From NCBI GenBank assembly GCA_902492755.1, contig CABUNB010000002.1:13774-77773 (forward strand): 64,000 nt of DNA, given 5' to 3'. This document shows, one piece after another, positions 1 through 8,333 of the stretch. The notes beneath the pieces are model-generated. The model saw only the letters and a program-made list of their open reading frames with translations. It did no database searches and had not been told where the DNA came from. A program made the translations under genes and the position numbers. Numbering within the stretch: position 1 is the first letter of the stretch; each line of letters starts with the position of its first letter. This DNA is from an uncultured Collinsella sp. (lineage in GTDB: Bacteria; Actinomycetota; Coriobacteriia; Coriobacteriales; Coriobacteriaceae).

Positions 1-744
1 CGCATCTACATGACCACCGACGCGCTCGATGCGGCCGAGCTCTCCCCCGCCGATGCATTTGAGCAGGGCATCGTACCCGTGCTCGACGAGGTCTGCCGCG
101 CCGTTGACCACGTACGCGTCGACCCGTGGGTTGTTGCCGGCGCCACGGTCGCTATTGGCAACATCTCTGAGCTTGCCCTGGCCGCCCAGGTTGGCGCCAC
201 GGCCGAGATTCGCTCTTGCCTGCCGGTGCACAACACGCCCTGCATGGAGGCGCTTGCCGGGCGCGGAGCCGGTGCGTTTTGGCTCTCGCCCGAGATCACG
301 CTCGACGAGATTGTCTCGCTCGGCGCCGCCGCGCCCGCGGCTCTGGGCATCACCGTCTTTGGCCGCCCGCGCGTCATGACAAGCGAGCATTGCATTCTGC
401 AGGTTGCCAACGGCTGCATCCACGATTGCGCCAACTGCCGCCTGCGTGCCCGCAAGCTCTCGCTCAAGAATATCGACGGAAAGGTCATGCCGGTGCGTAC
501 CGACATCCACGGCCGCTCACGCCTGTACGACGCCTACCCCATCGACCTCACGCCTCAGGTTCCTCAGCTGCTCGATGCCGGCGTGCGTCGTCTCATGGTG
601 GACGGAACGCTACTCGAGACGGATGAGATCGCCCGTGCCGTCGCTCGCGTCCGTCGCGCCGTCGAGGCAGCTCAAGCCGGCCGCAAGCCCGCCGCCCGCC
701 TGCGCGGGGCGACTTCGGGCTGCATGTTTGTGGGAATTAGCTAA
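1..744 (+). CDS. U32-family peptidase, C-terminal fragment (5' end outside window)
   Basis: Frame is open from base 1 to the stop at 742-744. Sequence patterns SEHCILQVANGCIHDCANC and DGKVMPVRTDIHGRSRLYDAYP are recalled as U32 collagenase-like. Family call is from memory only. Confidence 0.5.
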   Translation, partial: RIYMTTDALDAAELSPADAFEQGIVPVLDEVCRAVDHVRVDPWVVAGATVAIGNISELALAAQVGATAEIRSCLPVHNTPCMEALAGRGAGAFWLSPEITLDEIVSLGAAAPAALGITVFGRPRVMTSEHCILQVANGCIHDCANCRLRARKLSLKNIDGKVMPVRTDIHGRSRLYDAYPIDLTPQVPQLLDAGVRRLMVDGTLLETDEIARAVARVRRAVEAAQAGRKPAARLRGATSGCMFVGIS

Positions 745-759
745 CCGAAAGGCTTACAC

Positions 760-1419
760 GTGAACGAAGAACCTCAAGTCCTCTACTGCGACGCCTGGCT
801 TATGGCCATCGACAAGCCCGCCGGCATGATCGTCCACGGCGACGGCACCGGCGAGCGCACGCTCACCGACTACGCCAGCGACCTGCTGCTGGCGATGGGC
901 GACGGCTTTGCCGCGACCGACATGCAGCCGCTCAATCGCCTGGACCGTGACACCACCGGCGTGGTGCTGTTCTCGCTCGACAAGCAGACGCAGCCCGCCT
1001 TTGACCAGATGATTATCGACCACGCTTTCGAAAAGCACTACCTAGCGCTCGCCGAGGGCAAGATCGACTGGAACGAAAAGCTCATCGACAAGCCCATCGC
1101 CCGCGACCGTCACGACAGCCGCAAGATGCGCGTCGGCGCCAGCGGCAAGCCCTCTCAAACGCGCGTGAAGGTGCTCAAACGCCTTAAGAGCCGTCGTGGC
1201 CTGCCCACGCGCTCGTATATCGATGTCGAGTTGCTCACCGGCCGCAAGCACCAAATCCGTGTGCACCTGGCAAGCGAGCATCATCCCCTGGTTGGCGACG
1301 ACCTGTACGGAACGCCGCGCCCCTGCGGCCTGATGCTCCACGCCCACAGCGTGTCCTTCACGCATCCCGTAACCGGCGAGCACATCCACATCGAAGCCCC
1401 CTGCCCCTGGGAGCCCTAA
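760..1419 (+). CDS. RluA-family pseudouridine synthase
   Basis: 219 aa with GTG start. Motifs LNRLDRDTTGVVLF (catalytic Asp) and GRKHQIRVH are typical of the RluA family. The stop is followed directly by a hairpin and T-run. Confidence 0.85.
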   Translation: MNEEPQVLYCDAWLMAIDKPAGMIVHGDGTGERTLTDYASDLLLAMGDGFAATDMQPLNRLDRDTTGVVLFSLDKQTQPAFDQMIIDHAFEKHYLALAEGKIDWNEKLIDKPIARDRHDSRKMRVGASGKPSQTRVKVLKRLKSRRGLPTRSYIDVELLTGRKHQIRVHLASEHHPLVGDDLYGTPRPCGLMLHAHSVSFTHPVTGEHIHIEAPCPWEP

Positions 1420-1457
1420 ACCACCACAATCGGGACAGGCACCTTTGTGGTGGTTTT
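1418..1457 (+). terminator. Hairpin H1: 12-bp stem AAACCACCACAA/TTGTGGTGGTTT with loop containing GGGACAGGC, followed by TTTT
   Basis: Stem 1418-1429 pairs with 1445-1456 and overlaps the rluA-like stop codon. It is a near-identical direct repeat of H2 at 1788-1827. Confidence 0.6.
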
Positions 1458-1487
1458 GCCGCAATGGCTCAGCCGCGGTCCCAAAAC

Positions 1488-1705
1488 GTCTCGATCTGTA
1501 ACAGTTAGAGCCCATTTTCCGGTCGGTCTGTTACAGATCGAGACATTCGAATCCCCCTCAAGGGAAAATCTCAATCTGTAACAATAACTCGGCAAAATCG
1601 GTCCCAGATGTTACAGATTGAGACAAAGGGACGGTGCGGTTCGGAAGTATCTCACTCTGTAACATCTAACCCACTTTTAACGGTCCAGTTGTTACAGACG
1701 TAGAC
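1488..1705. repeat. Three tandem units of about 80 bp, each an inverted repeat of TCTCGATCTGTAACA around a 23-25 nt spacer
   Basis: Unit 1 arms 1488-1504/1528-1544 are a perfect 17 bp. Unit 2 arms 1569-1583/1609-1623 are a perfect 15 bp. Unit 3 arms 1650-1664/1690-1704 are degenerate (12/15). Period is 80-81 bp and the spacers are related to each other (..CCATTTTCCGGTCGG.. / ..GGCAAAATCGGTCCC.. / ..CCACTTTTAACGGTCC..). Confidence 0.8.
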
Positions 1706-1722
1706 AAACCGGTAGACAACGA

Positions 1723-1760
1723 AAGCGGCAACGCCCGTGATGGACGTTGCCGCTTTTCTA
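1723..1760 (+). terminator. Rho-independent terminator-like hairpin (11-bp stem AAGCGGCAACG/CGTTGCCGCTT, then TTTTCT)
   Basis: Stem 1723-1733 pairs with 1745-1755, and the T-run covers 1754-1757. It lies downstream of the triple hairpin array on the plus strand. Confidence 0.55.
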
Positions 1761-1787
1761 TTGAGAAAACTACTCGGTTTCCGTTGC

Positions 1788-1827
1788 TAACCACCACAAT
1801 GGGGACAGGCCCCTTTGTGGTGGTTTT
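1788..1827 (+). repeat. Hairpin H2, near-identical direct copy of H1 (GGGACAGGC loop)
   Basis: AACCACCACAATGGGGACAGGCCCCTTTGTGGTGGTTTTGG here versus AACCACCACAATCGGGACAGGCACCTTTGTGGTGGTTTTGC at 1419-1459. It abuts the 3' end of the DeoR gene. Confidence 0.75.
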
Positions 1828-1849
1828 GGCCTTAGCCCGTCCCCTGCTG

Positions 1850-2596
1850 TTAGACCGTGATGACGTTGTCCATTGCCCGGTACTTGGCGGGGACCTCGCC
1901 TGCGGTAATAATCGTTGCGTCACGGAAGTCCGCGAACTTGACGGGCGCCACCATGCCAAATTTGCTGGCGTCCGAGATTACGAAGCGTTTGGCCGTATGG
2001 CGCATCGAGATGCGCTTTACTTGCGCTTCCTCGATATCGGGCGCCGTGAAGCCCTGCTCGGCGGCAATGCCGTTGGACCCCCAAAAGCCGCAGTTGAAGT
2101 TGTAACGGTCTAGGGTTGCCAGGGCATCGGGGCCAACGAGTGCCTCGGTCTCGGGCTTGAGCTCGCCGCCCAGCACCACGGTGCGCATGCCGCGCAAAGC
2201 CAAGTGCTGAGCATGGAGCACAGAATCGGTCACATAGGTGACATCTTCAAGGTGTGGAAGATGCTCGATGAGCCTGAGCGTCGTCGAGCCCGAGTCGATG
2301 TATACAAAGCTCTCGGGCTCCACAAGCGCCGCCGCACGGGCGCAGATACGCTCCTTGTCGTCGTTATGGAGGTCGCTGCGCTCATTGAGCGTTAGGTCGC
2401 GCGTCACGTGCGCGCGCTCAAGACTCGTCGCTCCACCGTGGACCTTGGCGATGCGATGCGCTCGGTCGAGCGTTTGCAAGTCACGGCGAATGGTGGACGC
2501 CGTCACGCCCAGAGCCTCAGCAAGCTCCGGTACAGTAACCGATCCGGCCTGCTGCACCATCGACACGATCGCGTTGAGCCTATCTTCCGCAAGCAT
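1850..2596 (-). CDS. DeoR/GlpR-family transcriptional repressor
   Basis: 248 aa. N-terminal HTH (VTVPELAEALGVTASTIRRDLQTL) plus a DeoR-type C-terminal effector domain. It lies 3 nt downstream of the oxidoreductase gene on the same strand. Confidence 0.85.
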   Translation of the reverse strand: MLAEDRLNAIVSMVQQAGSVTVPELAEALGVTASTIRRDLQTLDRAHRIAKVHGGATSLERAHVTRDLTLNERSDLHNDDKERICARAAALVEPESFVYIDSGSTTLRLIEHLPHLEDVTYVTDSVLHAQHLALRGMRTVVLGGELKPETEALVGPDALATLDRYNFNCGFWGSNGIAAEQGFTAPDIEEAQVKRISMRHTAKRFVISDASKFGMVAPVKFADFRDATIITAGEVPAKYRAMDNVITV

Positions 2597-2599
2597 CGC

Positions 2600-3679
2600 T
2601 TACTCCTCCTCGGGGTACACGACTCCCCAATCGGCGCGGAGCTTGGTCATAAGTTCCATAACATCAGAAGCATAATCCAGCAGCTCGCGCTTGGAGTCGT
2701 CACCGGCAACGGCCTTCTCAAGATCGGCCATCTCATAGCAAAGGGCGTAAGCCTCGGTTCCGGCGTGGACCTCCTCGCGGTGGCCGTCCGCAGTCCACAC
2801 GATGGTCGCGTGATCGGCACGCGGATACTCGTTGACCTCGATATAGCACTTGTCAAAGCTGATGACCGAGCGCTTGGGCTGCTTGGAGTGGAGCGTAAGG
2901 CTCACGACGCCCAGCTGCTGCTCGGCATTTCGGCAGACGATGCCACCCGCGACGTCAACGCCAGTCTCGCAGGTGTTGCCCAGCGAAACGACCTCAGCGG
3001 GCTGGCTCGCCATAAAGAGGCGCATGACGGACAGGGCATAGACGCCAATGTCGAGCATGGCACCGCCAGCAAGGTTGCGATTGTAAAAGCGGTTGGTCAG
3101 GTCGCCGTACTCCTTATAGCTGCCAAAGTTGAGTTGGGCGAGGTTCATGCGGCCAAACTCACCGGCATCCATGCGGCGGCGCAGCTCCTGATACAAGGGC
3201 ATGTGGAGCACCGTAGTCGCGTCCATGAGGACCACATTATGCTCGTCGGCAATGGCACGCGCCTCGTCGAGCTCGGCGGAGTTGAGGGTAATGGCCTTCT
3301 CACAGAGAACGTGCTTGCTAGCTGCCAGGGCCGTACGCAGATAGGTGATATGCGTGTTGTGCGGCGTGGTGATATAGACTGCGTCAATGTTCGGATCGGC
3401 GTAGAGATCCTCGGCCGTTTCATAGACCTTCTCGATACCGTACTGCTCGGCAAAGGCCTGAGCCTTGGACAGCGTGCGGTTGGCGACGCCCGAAAGCTTG
3501 CGGCCGGCAAGGGCGAGAGACTGGGCCATCTGGTTGGCGATAACGCCGCACCCGATCACAGCCCAACGAAGCTCGGGAGCCGTAAAGATGTCATCGGGGA
3601 ACGGCTTGTCCTGGACCGAAGCGAACGCTGCCTTTGCGGCTGCCGCAGCATCGAGCGGAGCCTGTTTGGAATCTGCCAT
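2600..3679 (-). CDS. Gfo/Idh/MocA-family NAD(P)-dependent oxidoreductase
   Basis: ORF 2600..3736 trimmed to the ATG at 3679, which is preceded by AGGAGG. Rossmann-type N-terminus (RWAVIGCGVIANQ) and an EKA-type motif (LCEKAITL). Confidence 0.8.
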   Translation of the reverse strand: MADSKQAPLDAAAAAKAAFASVQDKPFPDDIFTAPELRWAVIGCGVIANQMAQSLALAGRKLSGVANRTLSKAQAFAEQYGIEKVYETAEDLYADPNIDAVYITTPHNTHITYLRTALAASKHVLCEKAITLNSAELDEARAIADEHNVVLMDATTVLHMPLYQELRRRMDAGEFGRMNLAQLNFGSYKEYGDLTNRFYNRNLAGGAMLDIGVYALSVMRLFMASQPAEVVSLGNTCETGVDVAGGIVCRNAEQQLGVVSLTLHSKQPKRSVISFDKCYIEVNEYPRADHATIVWTADGHREEVHAGTEAYALCYEMADLEKAVAGDDSKRELLDYASDVMELMTKLRADWGVVYPEEE

Positions 3680-3873
3680 GAGCGCCTCCTGCGTCGTGAA
3701 AAGACTTTCATTTCTGACAGCTCTATATTCGCACAAATACGCGTGTATGTGCGTGCTTCTGCGTGTATTACCGCTAAATGGTCAAAATTCAGCAGCAGAC
3801 GGAGCATATACAAGCATAGTCACGCAATCCTACGCACGCAACTACGCACAAGCACGCACCACCTGATCCCTTG

Positions 3874-3948
3874 GAGACGGAGGAAAACGGATCATCTCTT
3901 ACGCGGAAAGCTGTGATGATCCGTTAGGGACGGAGGAAAACGGATCAG
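3874..3948 (+). repeat. Two copies of the 22-mer GGGACGGAGGAAAACGGATCAG (dispersed motif family)
   Basis: Copies at 3874-3895 (GAGACGGAGGAAAACGGATCAT) and 3927-3948. The second is the loop and 3' arm of a 9-bp hairpin TGATCCGTT/AACGGATCA. Reverse-complement copies lie at 57479-57500 and, degenerate, at 53913-53931. Confidence 0.75.
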
Positions 3949-4057
3949 TTGAGGCGTCGCACCAGCCAGCAGTTGCCCTTTTAACCGTTGCCTCACCGAG
4001 TCCGCAACAACGCACAAGCTGACCGCCTGTCACGCCAGCCTTTCGTGCGCGCAACCA

Positions 4058-4082
4058 CTCATTTAAGCCTGTCCCCAATGAG
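4058..4082 (-). repeat. Small hairpin with GGGGACAGGC loop (same loop motif as H1/H2, different stem)
   Basis: On the minus strand it reads CTCATTGGGGACAGGCTTAAATGAG, with a 6-bp stem CTCATT/AATGAG. It lies immediately downstream of the rplX terminator. Confidence 0.55.
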
Positions 4083-4088
4083 TAGGGA

Positions 4089-4123
4089 TAAAAAAGGCCC
4101 GGGTGCCGTGGGGCATCCGGGCC
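4089..4123 (-). terminator. Rho-independent terminator ending the rplC..rplX operon
   Basis: A 12-bp GC-rich stem (4096-4107 pairs with 4112-4123) is followed on the minus strand by TTTTTTAT. Confidence 0.85.
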
Positions 4124-4152
4124 TTTGCTAGCAACTTGATGTTGCGGGCAGC

Positions 4153-4458
4153 TTAGAACTTGTGGCCGCACTTCTTGCAGACGCGCAGCTTGTTCTTGCC
4201 GTCCTTCTCGTGACCGACGCGGGTAACCTTACCGCACTCGGGGCAGACGAGATTGACGTTGGAGGCGTCGATGGGAGCCTCCTGCGAAACGATGCCGCCC
4301 TGCTGGTTGGCAGCGTTGGGCTTGACGGCCTTCTTGACGACCGAAACGCCCTCGACAACGACCTTGTTCTCGGCGGGGAGAGCACGCAGGATAACGCCCT
4401 GCTTGCCGCGATCCTTACCAGAGAGAACCTGGACCTTATCGCCCTTCTTGATATACAT
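4153..4458 (-). CDS. rplX: 50S ribosomal protein L24 (uL24), Cys4 zinc-ribbon form
   Basis: 101 aa starting [21 protein letters not shown], with a KOW motif. The C-terminus carries CPEC..(18 aa)..CKKC. Confidence 0.95.
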   Translation of the reverse strand: MYIKKGDKVQVLSGKDRGKQGVILRALPAENKVVVEGVSVVKKAVKPNAANQQGGIVSQEAPIDASNVNLVCPECGKVTRVGHEKDGKNKLRVCKKCGHKF

Positions 4459-4471
4459 ATATCTCCCCTAA

Positions 4472-4840
4472 CTACAGGGTCTCGGGAGCGAGCGAGACGA
4501 TCTTCATGTACTTCTTGTCACGAAGCTCGCGAGCGACGGGCCCGAAGATACGGGTACCGACGGGCGAACCATCGTTGTTGATGACAACGCAGGCGTTCTC
4601 ATCAAAGCGAATGTAGGAGCCATCCTTGCGGCGGATCTCCTTAACGGTGCGAACGACGACGCAACGGACAACGTCCTTCTTCTTGACGTTGGCGCCAGGG
4701 GTAGCCTCCTGGACAGCACCGATGAACACATCGCCGATGCCTGCATAACGACGCTTGGAACCGCCAAGCACCTTGATGCAGCGAATCTTGCGAGCGCCGG
4801 AGTTGTCGGCGACGTTCAGCATGGTTTGCATCTGAATCAT
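4472..4840 (-). CDS. rplN: 50S ribosomal protein L14 (uL14)
   Basis: 122 aa with the canonical [19 protein letters not shown]-terminus. Confidence 0.97.
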   Translation of the reverse strand: MIQMQTMLNVADNSGARKIRCIKVLGGSKRRYAGIGDVFIGAVQEATPGANVKKKDVVRCVVVRTVKEIRRKDGSYIRFDENACVVINNDGSPVGTRIFGPVARELRDKKYMKIVSLAPETL

Positions 4841-4958
4841 GGTAGATGTTCCTCCGAACTAAGAACCGAAGAGAGGTGCGCAGCCTTTATACGGCCCGTG
4901 GTATGCAAGCCAGGCATACGCACATCTTCGGAAACGTACAAGTCGTAAGAGCGACTGC

Positions 4959-5219
4959 TTATTTAGCGCGCTCGACGACCTCGATGAGGCGCCAACGCTT
5001 CATCTTGGACATAGGACGGGTCTCCATAACGCGGACGGTATCGCCCACGCCAGCCGTGCACTCCTCGTCGTGAGCGTGCAGCTTCTTGGAGCTGGTCATC
5101 ATCTTGCCGTACTTGGGGTGACGCTTGCGCTCGGTGATGGTGACAACAATGGTCTTGGCACCGGAGACGGAGGTAACGACACCCGTACGGACCTTACGCG
5201 AGTTACGCGAATCAGTCAT
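4959..5219 (-). CDS. rpsQ: 30S ribosomal protein S17 (uS17)
   Basis: 86 aa. Sequence RKVRTGVVTS...HPKYGK...HAHDE is typical of S17. It sits between rpmC and rplN. Confidence 0.93.
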   Translation of the reverse strand: MTDSRNSRKVRTGVVTSVSGAKTIVVTITERKRHPKYGKMMTSSKKLHAHDEECTAGVGDTVRVMETRPMSKMKRWRLIEVVERAK

Positions 5220-5235
5220 GTTCTCTCCTTAGGTC

Positions 5236-5451
5236 CTACTCGGCGACAGCGGACTTCTCCGCTGCGATCTCGCGGGCGCGCTGCTCCGTGAGGACGCGAG
5301 CAATGTCCTTCTTCACGGTGTTGACGCGAGCGGTGTTGTCCAGCTGGCTGGTGGCCATCTGGAAACGAAGGTTAAAGAGCTCGGCGCGCATTTCCTTCAG
5401 CTTCTCAACGAGCTGAGCGTCCGAGAGCTCACGAATCTCTGCGGGCTTCAT
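5236..5451 (-). CDS. rpmC: 50S ribosomal protein L29 (uL29)
   Basis: 71 aa containing LKEMRAELFNLRFQMATSQL. The start overlaps the rplP stop by 1 nt (TAATG). Confidence 0.93.
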   Translation of the reverse strand: MKPAEIRELSDAQLVEKLKEMRAELFNLRFQMATSQLDNTARVNTVKKDIARVLTEQRAREIAAEKSAVAE

Positions 5452-5954
5452 TAGTTCTCCTCCTTGGCGGCGGCGGCGTCCTCAGCAGCCCACTTGGCCT
5501 CGAGAGCGGCCTCCTCAGCCATCTCCTTCTCGATGCGCTGCTCAGCGTTCTTGGCAGCAACAATCTTGGTCTTGATGGGAAGCTTGTGCTGTGCAAGACG
5601 CAGAGCCTCGCGAGCGACCTCCTCGGGCACGCCCTTGACCTCGAACATGATGCGGCCGGGCTTGACGACAGCCACCCACTCCTCGGGGTTACCCTTACCA
5701 GAACCCATGCGAGTCTCGGCAGGCTTCTTGGTGATGGGCTTATCGGGGAAGATCGTGATGTAGACACGACCGCCACGCTTCATGTAGCGGGTCATGGCAA
5801 TACGAGCAGCCTCGATCTGACGGTTGGTGATCCAATGGGCCTCGAGAGCCTGGATACCAAACTCGCCGAAATGCAGCTCGGTATTACCCTTGGCCTGGCC
5901 CTTCATGGAGCCACGCTGCACCTTGCGGTGAAGAATACGCTTAGGGGCAAGCAC
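5451..5954 (-). CDS. rplP: 50S ribosomal protein L16 (uL16) with Ala/Glu-rich C-terminal tail
   Basis: 167 aa starting [15 protein letters not shown], with about 30 extra C-terminal residues ([33 protein letters not shown]). Confidence 0.95.
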   Translation of the reverse strand: MLAPKRILHRKVQRGSMKGQAKGNTELHFGEFGIQALEAHWITNRQIEAARIAMTRYMKRGGRVYITIFPDKPITKKPAETRMGSGKGNPEEWVAVVKPGRIMFEVKGVPEEVAREALRLAQHKLPIKTKIVAAKNAEQRIEKEMAEEAALEAKWAAEDAAAAKEEN

Positions 5955-6664
5955 TACTGACCCCTCCTCTCGGAGTTACGACGACGAGGACGGGAAGAGC
6001 CCTCGAGTGCAGGGTTGGGAACAGGCTGGCCCGGGAGCTTCTCGCCCAGGTAGATCCAGACCTTCACGCCGCAAGCGCCCATGGTGGTGCTGGCGACAGC
6101 CGTACCGTAGTCGATCTTGGCACGGAGGGTGTGCAGAGGCACGCGACCCTCGCGGTACCACTCACGACGGCCCATCTCGGCACCGCCGAGACGACCGGAG
6201 CACTGGATACGGATGCCCTTAGCGCCGGCCTTGCGGGCGGACTGGACAGCCTTGCGCATAGCGCGACGGAAGGCAACGCGGCCCTCAAGCTGCTCGGCGA
6301 TAGACTGAGCAACGAGGTTGGCGTCGAGCTCGGGGCGCTTGATCTCGACAACGTCGACGGAGAGCTGGCCCTTGGAGACGCCAGCGACCTTCTCGAGCTC
6401 GGTGCGGAGGGTATCGATCTCGGCACCCTTCTTACCGATGACAACGCCGGGGCGAGCGGTGAGGATGATGACCTTCACCTTGTCGCCAGCGCGCTCGATC
6501 TCGACGCGGGAGACAGCTGCGCGGGAAAGACGCTTCTCGAGGTACTTGCGGATCTCGAGATCGTTACCGAGGGTCTTAGCGTAATCCTTCTCTGCGAACC
6601 AGCGGGAGCGCCAGTTCTCGGTGATGCCAAGACGGAAGCCGGTGGGGTAGACTTTCTGACCCAT
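5954..6664 (-). CDS. rpsC: 30S ribosomal protein S3 (uS3)
   Basis: 236 aa starting [14 protein letters not shown], with a KH domain and a basic C-terminal tail. Confidence 0.96.
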   Translation of the reverse strand: MGQKVYPTGFRLGITENWRSRWFAEKDYAKTLGNDLEIRKYLEKRLSRAAVSRVEIERAGDKVKVIILTARPGVVIGKKGAEIDTLRTELEKVAGVSKGQLSVDVVEIKRPELDANLVAQSIAEQLEGRVAFRRAMRKAVQSARKAGAKGIRIQCSGRLGGAEMGRREWYREGRVPLHTLRAKIDYGTAVASTTMGACGVKVWIYLGEKLPGQPVPNPALEGSSRPRRRNSERRGQ

Positions 6665-6670
6665 ACAGCT

Positions 6671-7042
6671 TTACGCCTCCTTTCGAGGAGCAACGACGAC
6701 GGTGATGTGGGAAGTACGCTTCAGAATGCGAGAAGCGGAACCCTTGGCGCGGGGACGGATGCGCTTAAGCGTCGGACCCTCGTCAACATAGGCAGCGGCG
6801 ACAACCAGGTTGTCGGCACGCAGACCGTTGTTGTTCTCGGCGTTCGCAACGGCGGAACGGAGAACCTTCTCGACATCCACGGCGACGGCGCGGTCGCAGA
6901 AGTGGAGGATGTCGAAGGCCTGAGCGACAGGCTTGCGGCGGATCAGATCGACCACCAGGCGGGCCTTGCTGGGGGAAACACGCACGTACTTAGCGACGGC
7001 GCGAACCTCGGTGGCCTCAGTTTCAATAGACTTAGTTGCCAT
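6671..7042 (-). CDS. rplV: 50S ribosomal protein L22 (uL22)
   Basis: 123 aa containing [23 protein letters not shown]. Confidence 0.95.
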   Translation of the reverse strand: MATKSIETEATEVRAVAKYVRVSPSKARLVVDLIRRKPVAQAFDILHFCDRAVAVDVEKVLRSAVANAENNNGLRADNLVVAAAYVDEGPTLKRIRPRAKGSASRILKRTSHITVVVAPRKEA

Positions 7043-7056
7043 TTACGGTTAACCCC

Positions 7057-7317
7057 CTATTTGGCCTTGTGGCCACGGAACGTACGAGTCGGCGCGAACT
7101 CGCCGAGCTTGTGACCAACCATGGACTCGGTAACATACACGGGCACATGCTTGCGGCCGTCGTGGACGGCGATGGTGTGACCAACCATCTCGGGGAAGAT
7201 GGTGGACGCGCGGGACCAGGTCTTCACGACGTCCTTCTTGCCAGCCTCGTTCATCGCGGTGATACGCGAGAGAAGGCGAGTCTCCACGAACGGGCCCTTT
7301 TTGAGACTTCTGCTCAT
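7057..7317 (-). CDS. rpsS: 30S ribosomal protein S19 (uS19)
   Basis: 86 aa containing [11 protein letters not shown]...[16 protein letters not shown]. Confidence 0.96.
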   Translation of the reverse strand: MSRSLKKGPFVETRLLSRITAMNEAGKKDVVKTWSRASTIFPEMVGHTIAVHDGRKHVPVYVTESMVGHKLGEFAPTRTFRGHKAK

Positions 7318-7349
7318 AAGTGCTTTCTCCTAAAACTCGGTATCCGAAA

Positions 7350-8180
7350 TTACTTCTTACGGCGACGAATGATGTGCTGGTTCGAGACCTTCTTCTTCTT
7401 GCGCGTACGAAGGCCCTTCGTCGGCTTACCCCAGGGGGTAACAGAGGGACGACCAGAGGTGTGGTTCTTGCCCTCGCCACCGCCGTGCGGGTGGTCGACA
7501 GGGTTCATGACGGTACCGCGGACGGTCGGGCGCACGTTCATGTGACGCTTACGGCCGGCCTTGCCGATGACGATGTTGGCGTGATCGGCGTTGCCGACCT
7601 CACCGACGGTGGCGCGGCAGGTAACGAGGATGCGGCGCATCTCGGAGGAAGGCATACGGACGATAGCGTACTTACCCTCCTTACCCATCAGCTGGCAGGA
7701 GTTACCGGCGGAACGGGCGATAGCGGCGCCCTTACCCGGCTGGAACTCGACAGCGTGGATGAGCGTACCGACGGGGATGTCGGCGAGGGGCAGAGCGTTG
7801 CCCGGCTTGATGTCGGCGTCAGAACCGGACATGATGGTCTGACCGACCTCGAGGCCCTTGGGGGCCAGGATGTAGCGCTTCTCACCGTCAGCGTAGTGCA
7901 GCAGAGCGATGCGAGCGGAACGGTTCGGATCGTACTCGATCGTGGCAACCTTGGCGGGCACGCCGTCCTTGTTGCGCTTGAAGTCGATCACGCGGTAACG
8001 ACGCTTCACGCCGCCGCCCTGGTGGCGGGTGGTGATGCGGCCGTTGTTGTTACGACCGGCCTTCTTGGGCAGGGGCTCGAGAAGAGACTTCTCGGGCTTG
8101 GTGCAGGTGATCTCGGAGAAATCGGAGATCGTCTGCCAACGCCTACCAGCGGAGGTCGGCTTAAGGTGCTTTACAGCCAT
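7350..8180 (-). CDS. rplB: 50S ribosomal protein L2 (uL2)
   Basis: ORF 7350..8255 trimmed to the ATG at 8180 ([14 protein letters not shown]). The conserved [13 protein letters not shown] motif is present. Confidence 0.95.
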   Translation of the reverse strand: MAVKHLKPTSAGRRWQTISDFSEITCTKPEKSLLEPLPKKAGRNNNGRITTRHQGGGVKRRYRVIDFKRNKDGVPAKVATIEYDPNRSARIALLHYADGEKRYILAPKGLEVGQTIMSGSDADIKPGNALPLADIPVGTLIHAVEFQPGKGAAIARSAGNSCQLMGKEGKYAIVRMPSSEMRRILVTCRATVGEVGNADHANIVIGKAGRKRHMNVRPTVRGTVMNPVDHPHGGGEGKNHTSGRPSVTPWGKPTKGLRTRKKKKVSNQHIIRRRKK

Positions 8181-8268
8181 TACAATCCCTTTCAATAGGA
8201 ATCCGTTAGCCATCGCAGACAGGGATTCGAGGTTCTGCCTCGGGTGCGATGACACCGGACGTATACAC

Positions 8269-8333
8269 GGTTCCGGGCGTGTCCATTTTATACGCCCGGA
8301 ACCTTGAGCTCTCGCCTCCCCTATTTGGGAGGC
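8269..8333 (-). other. Two strong hairpins inside the 179-nt rplW-rplB spacer
   Basis: One is a perfect 12-bp stem GGTTCCGGGCGT/ACGCCCGGAACC (8269-8280 pairs with 8292-8303). The other is a 7-bp stem GCCTCCC/GGGAGGC (8314-8333). Neither has a clear T-run. Confidence 0.5.

Noticed and set aside
1488-1705. Possible CRISPR arrays (here and at 53707-53893)
   Set aside because: There are only three units. The repeats are themselves inverted pairs. The intervening sequences are related to each other, not unique spacers. The period (80 or 62 bp) and internal structure do not fit CRISPR, and no cas genes are in the window.
3899-4171. Small ORFs inside long intergenic regions (for example 3899..4171, 40119..40388, 53615..54154, 27469..27771, 57458..57700)
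   Set aside because: There is no RBS. The ORFs overlap hairpins, repeats and terminators. Several overlapping frames are open simultaneously, which is typical of GC-rich non-coding DNA, and the translations are Arg/Pro/Gly-rich.
5451-6664. C-terminal extensions of uL16 (Ala/Glu-rich, about 30 aa) and uS3 (basic tail)
   Set aside because: Low-complexity tails on r-proteins are common lineage-specific features in Actinobacteria. Nothing in the sequence suggests a separate function, so they are noted in the feature evidence only.
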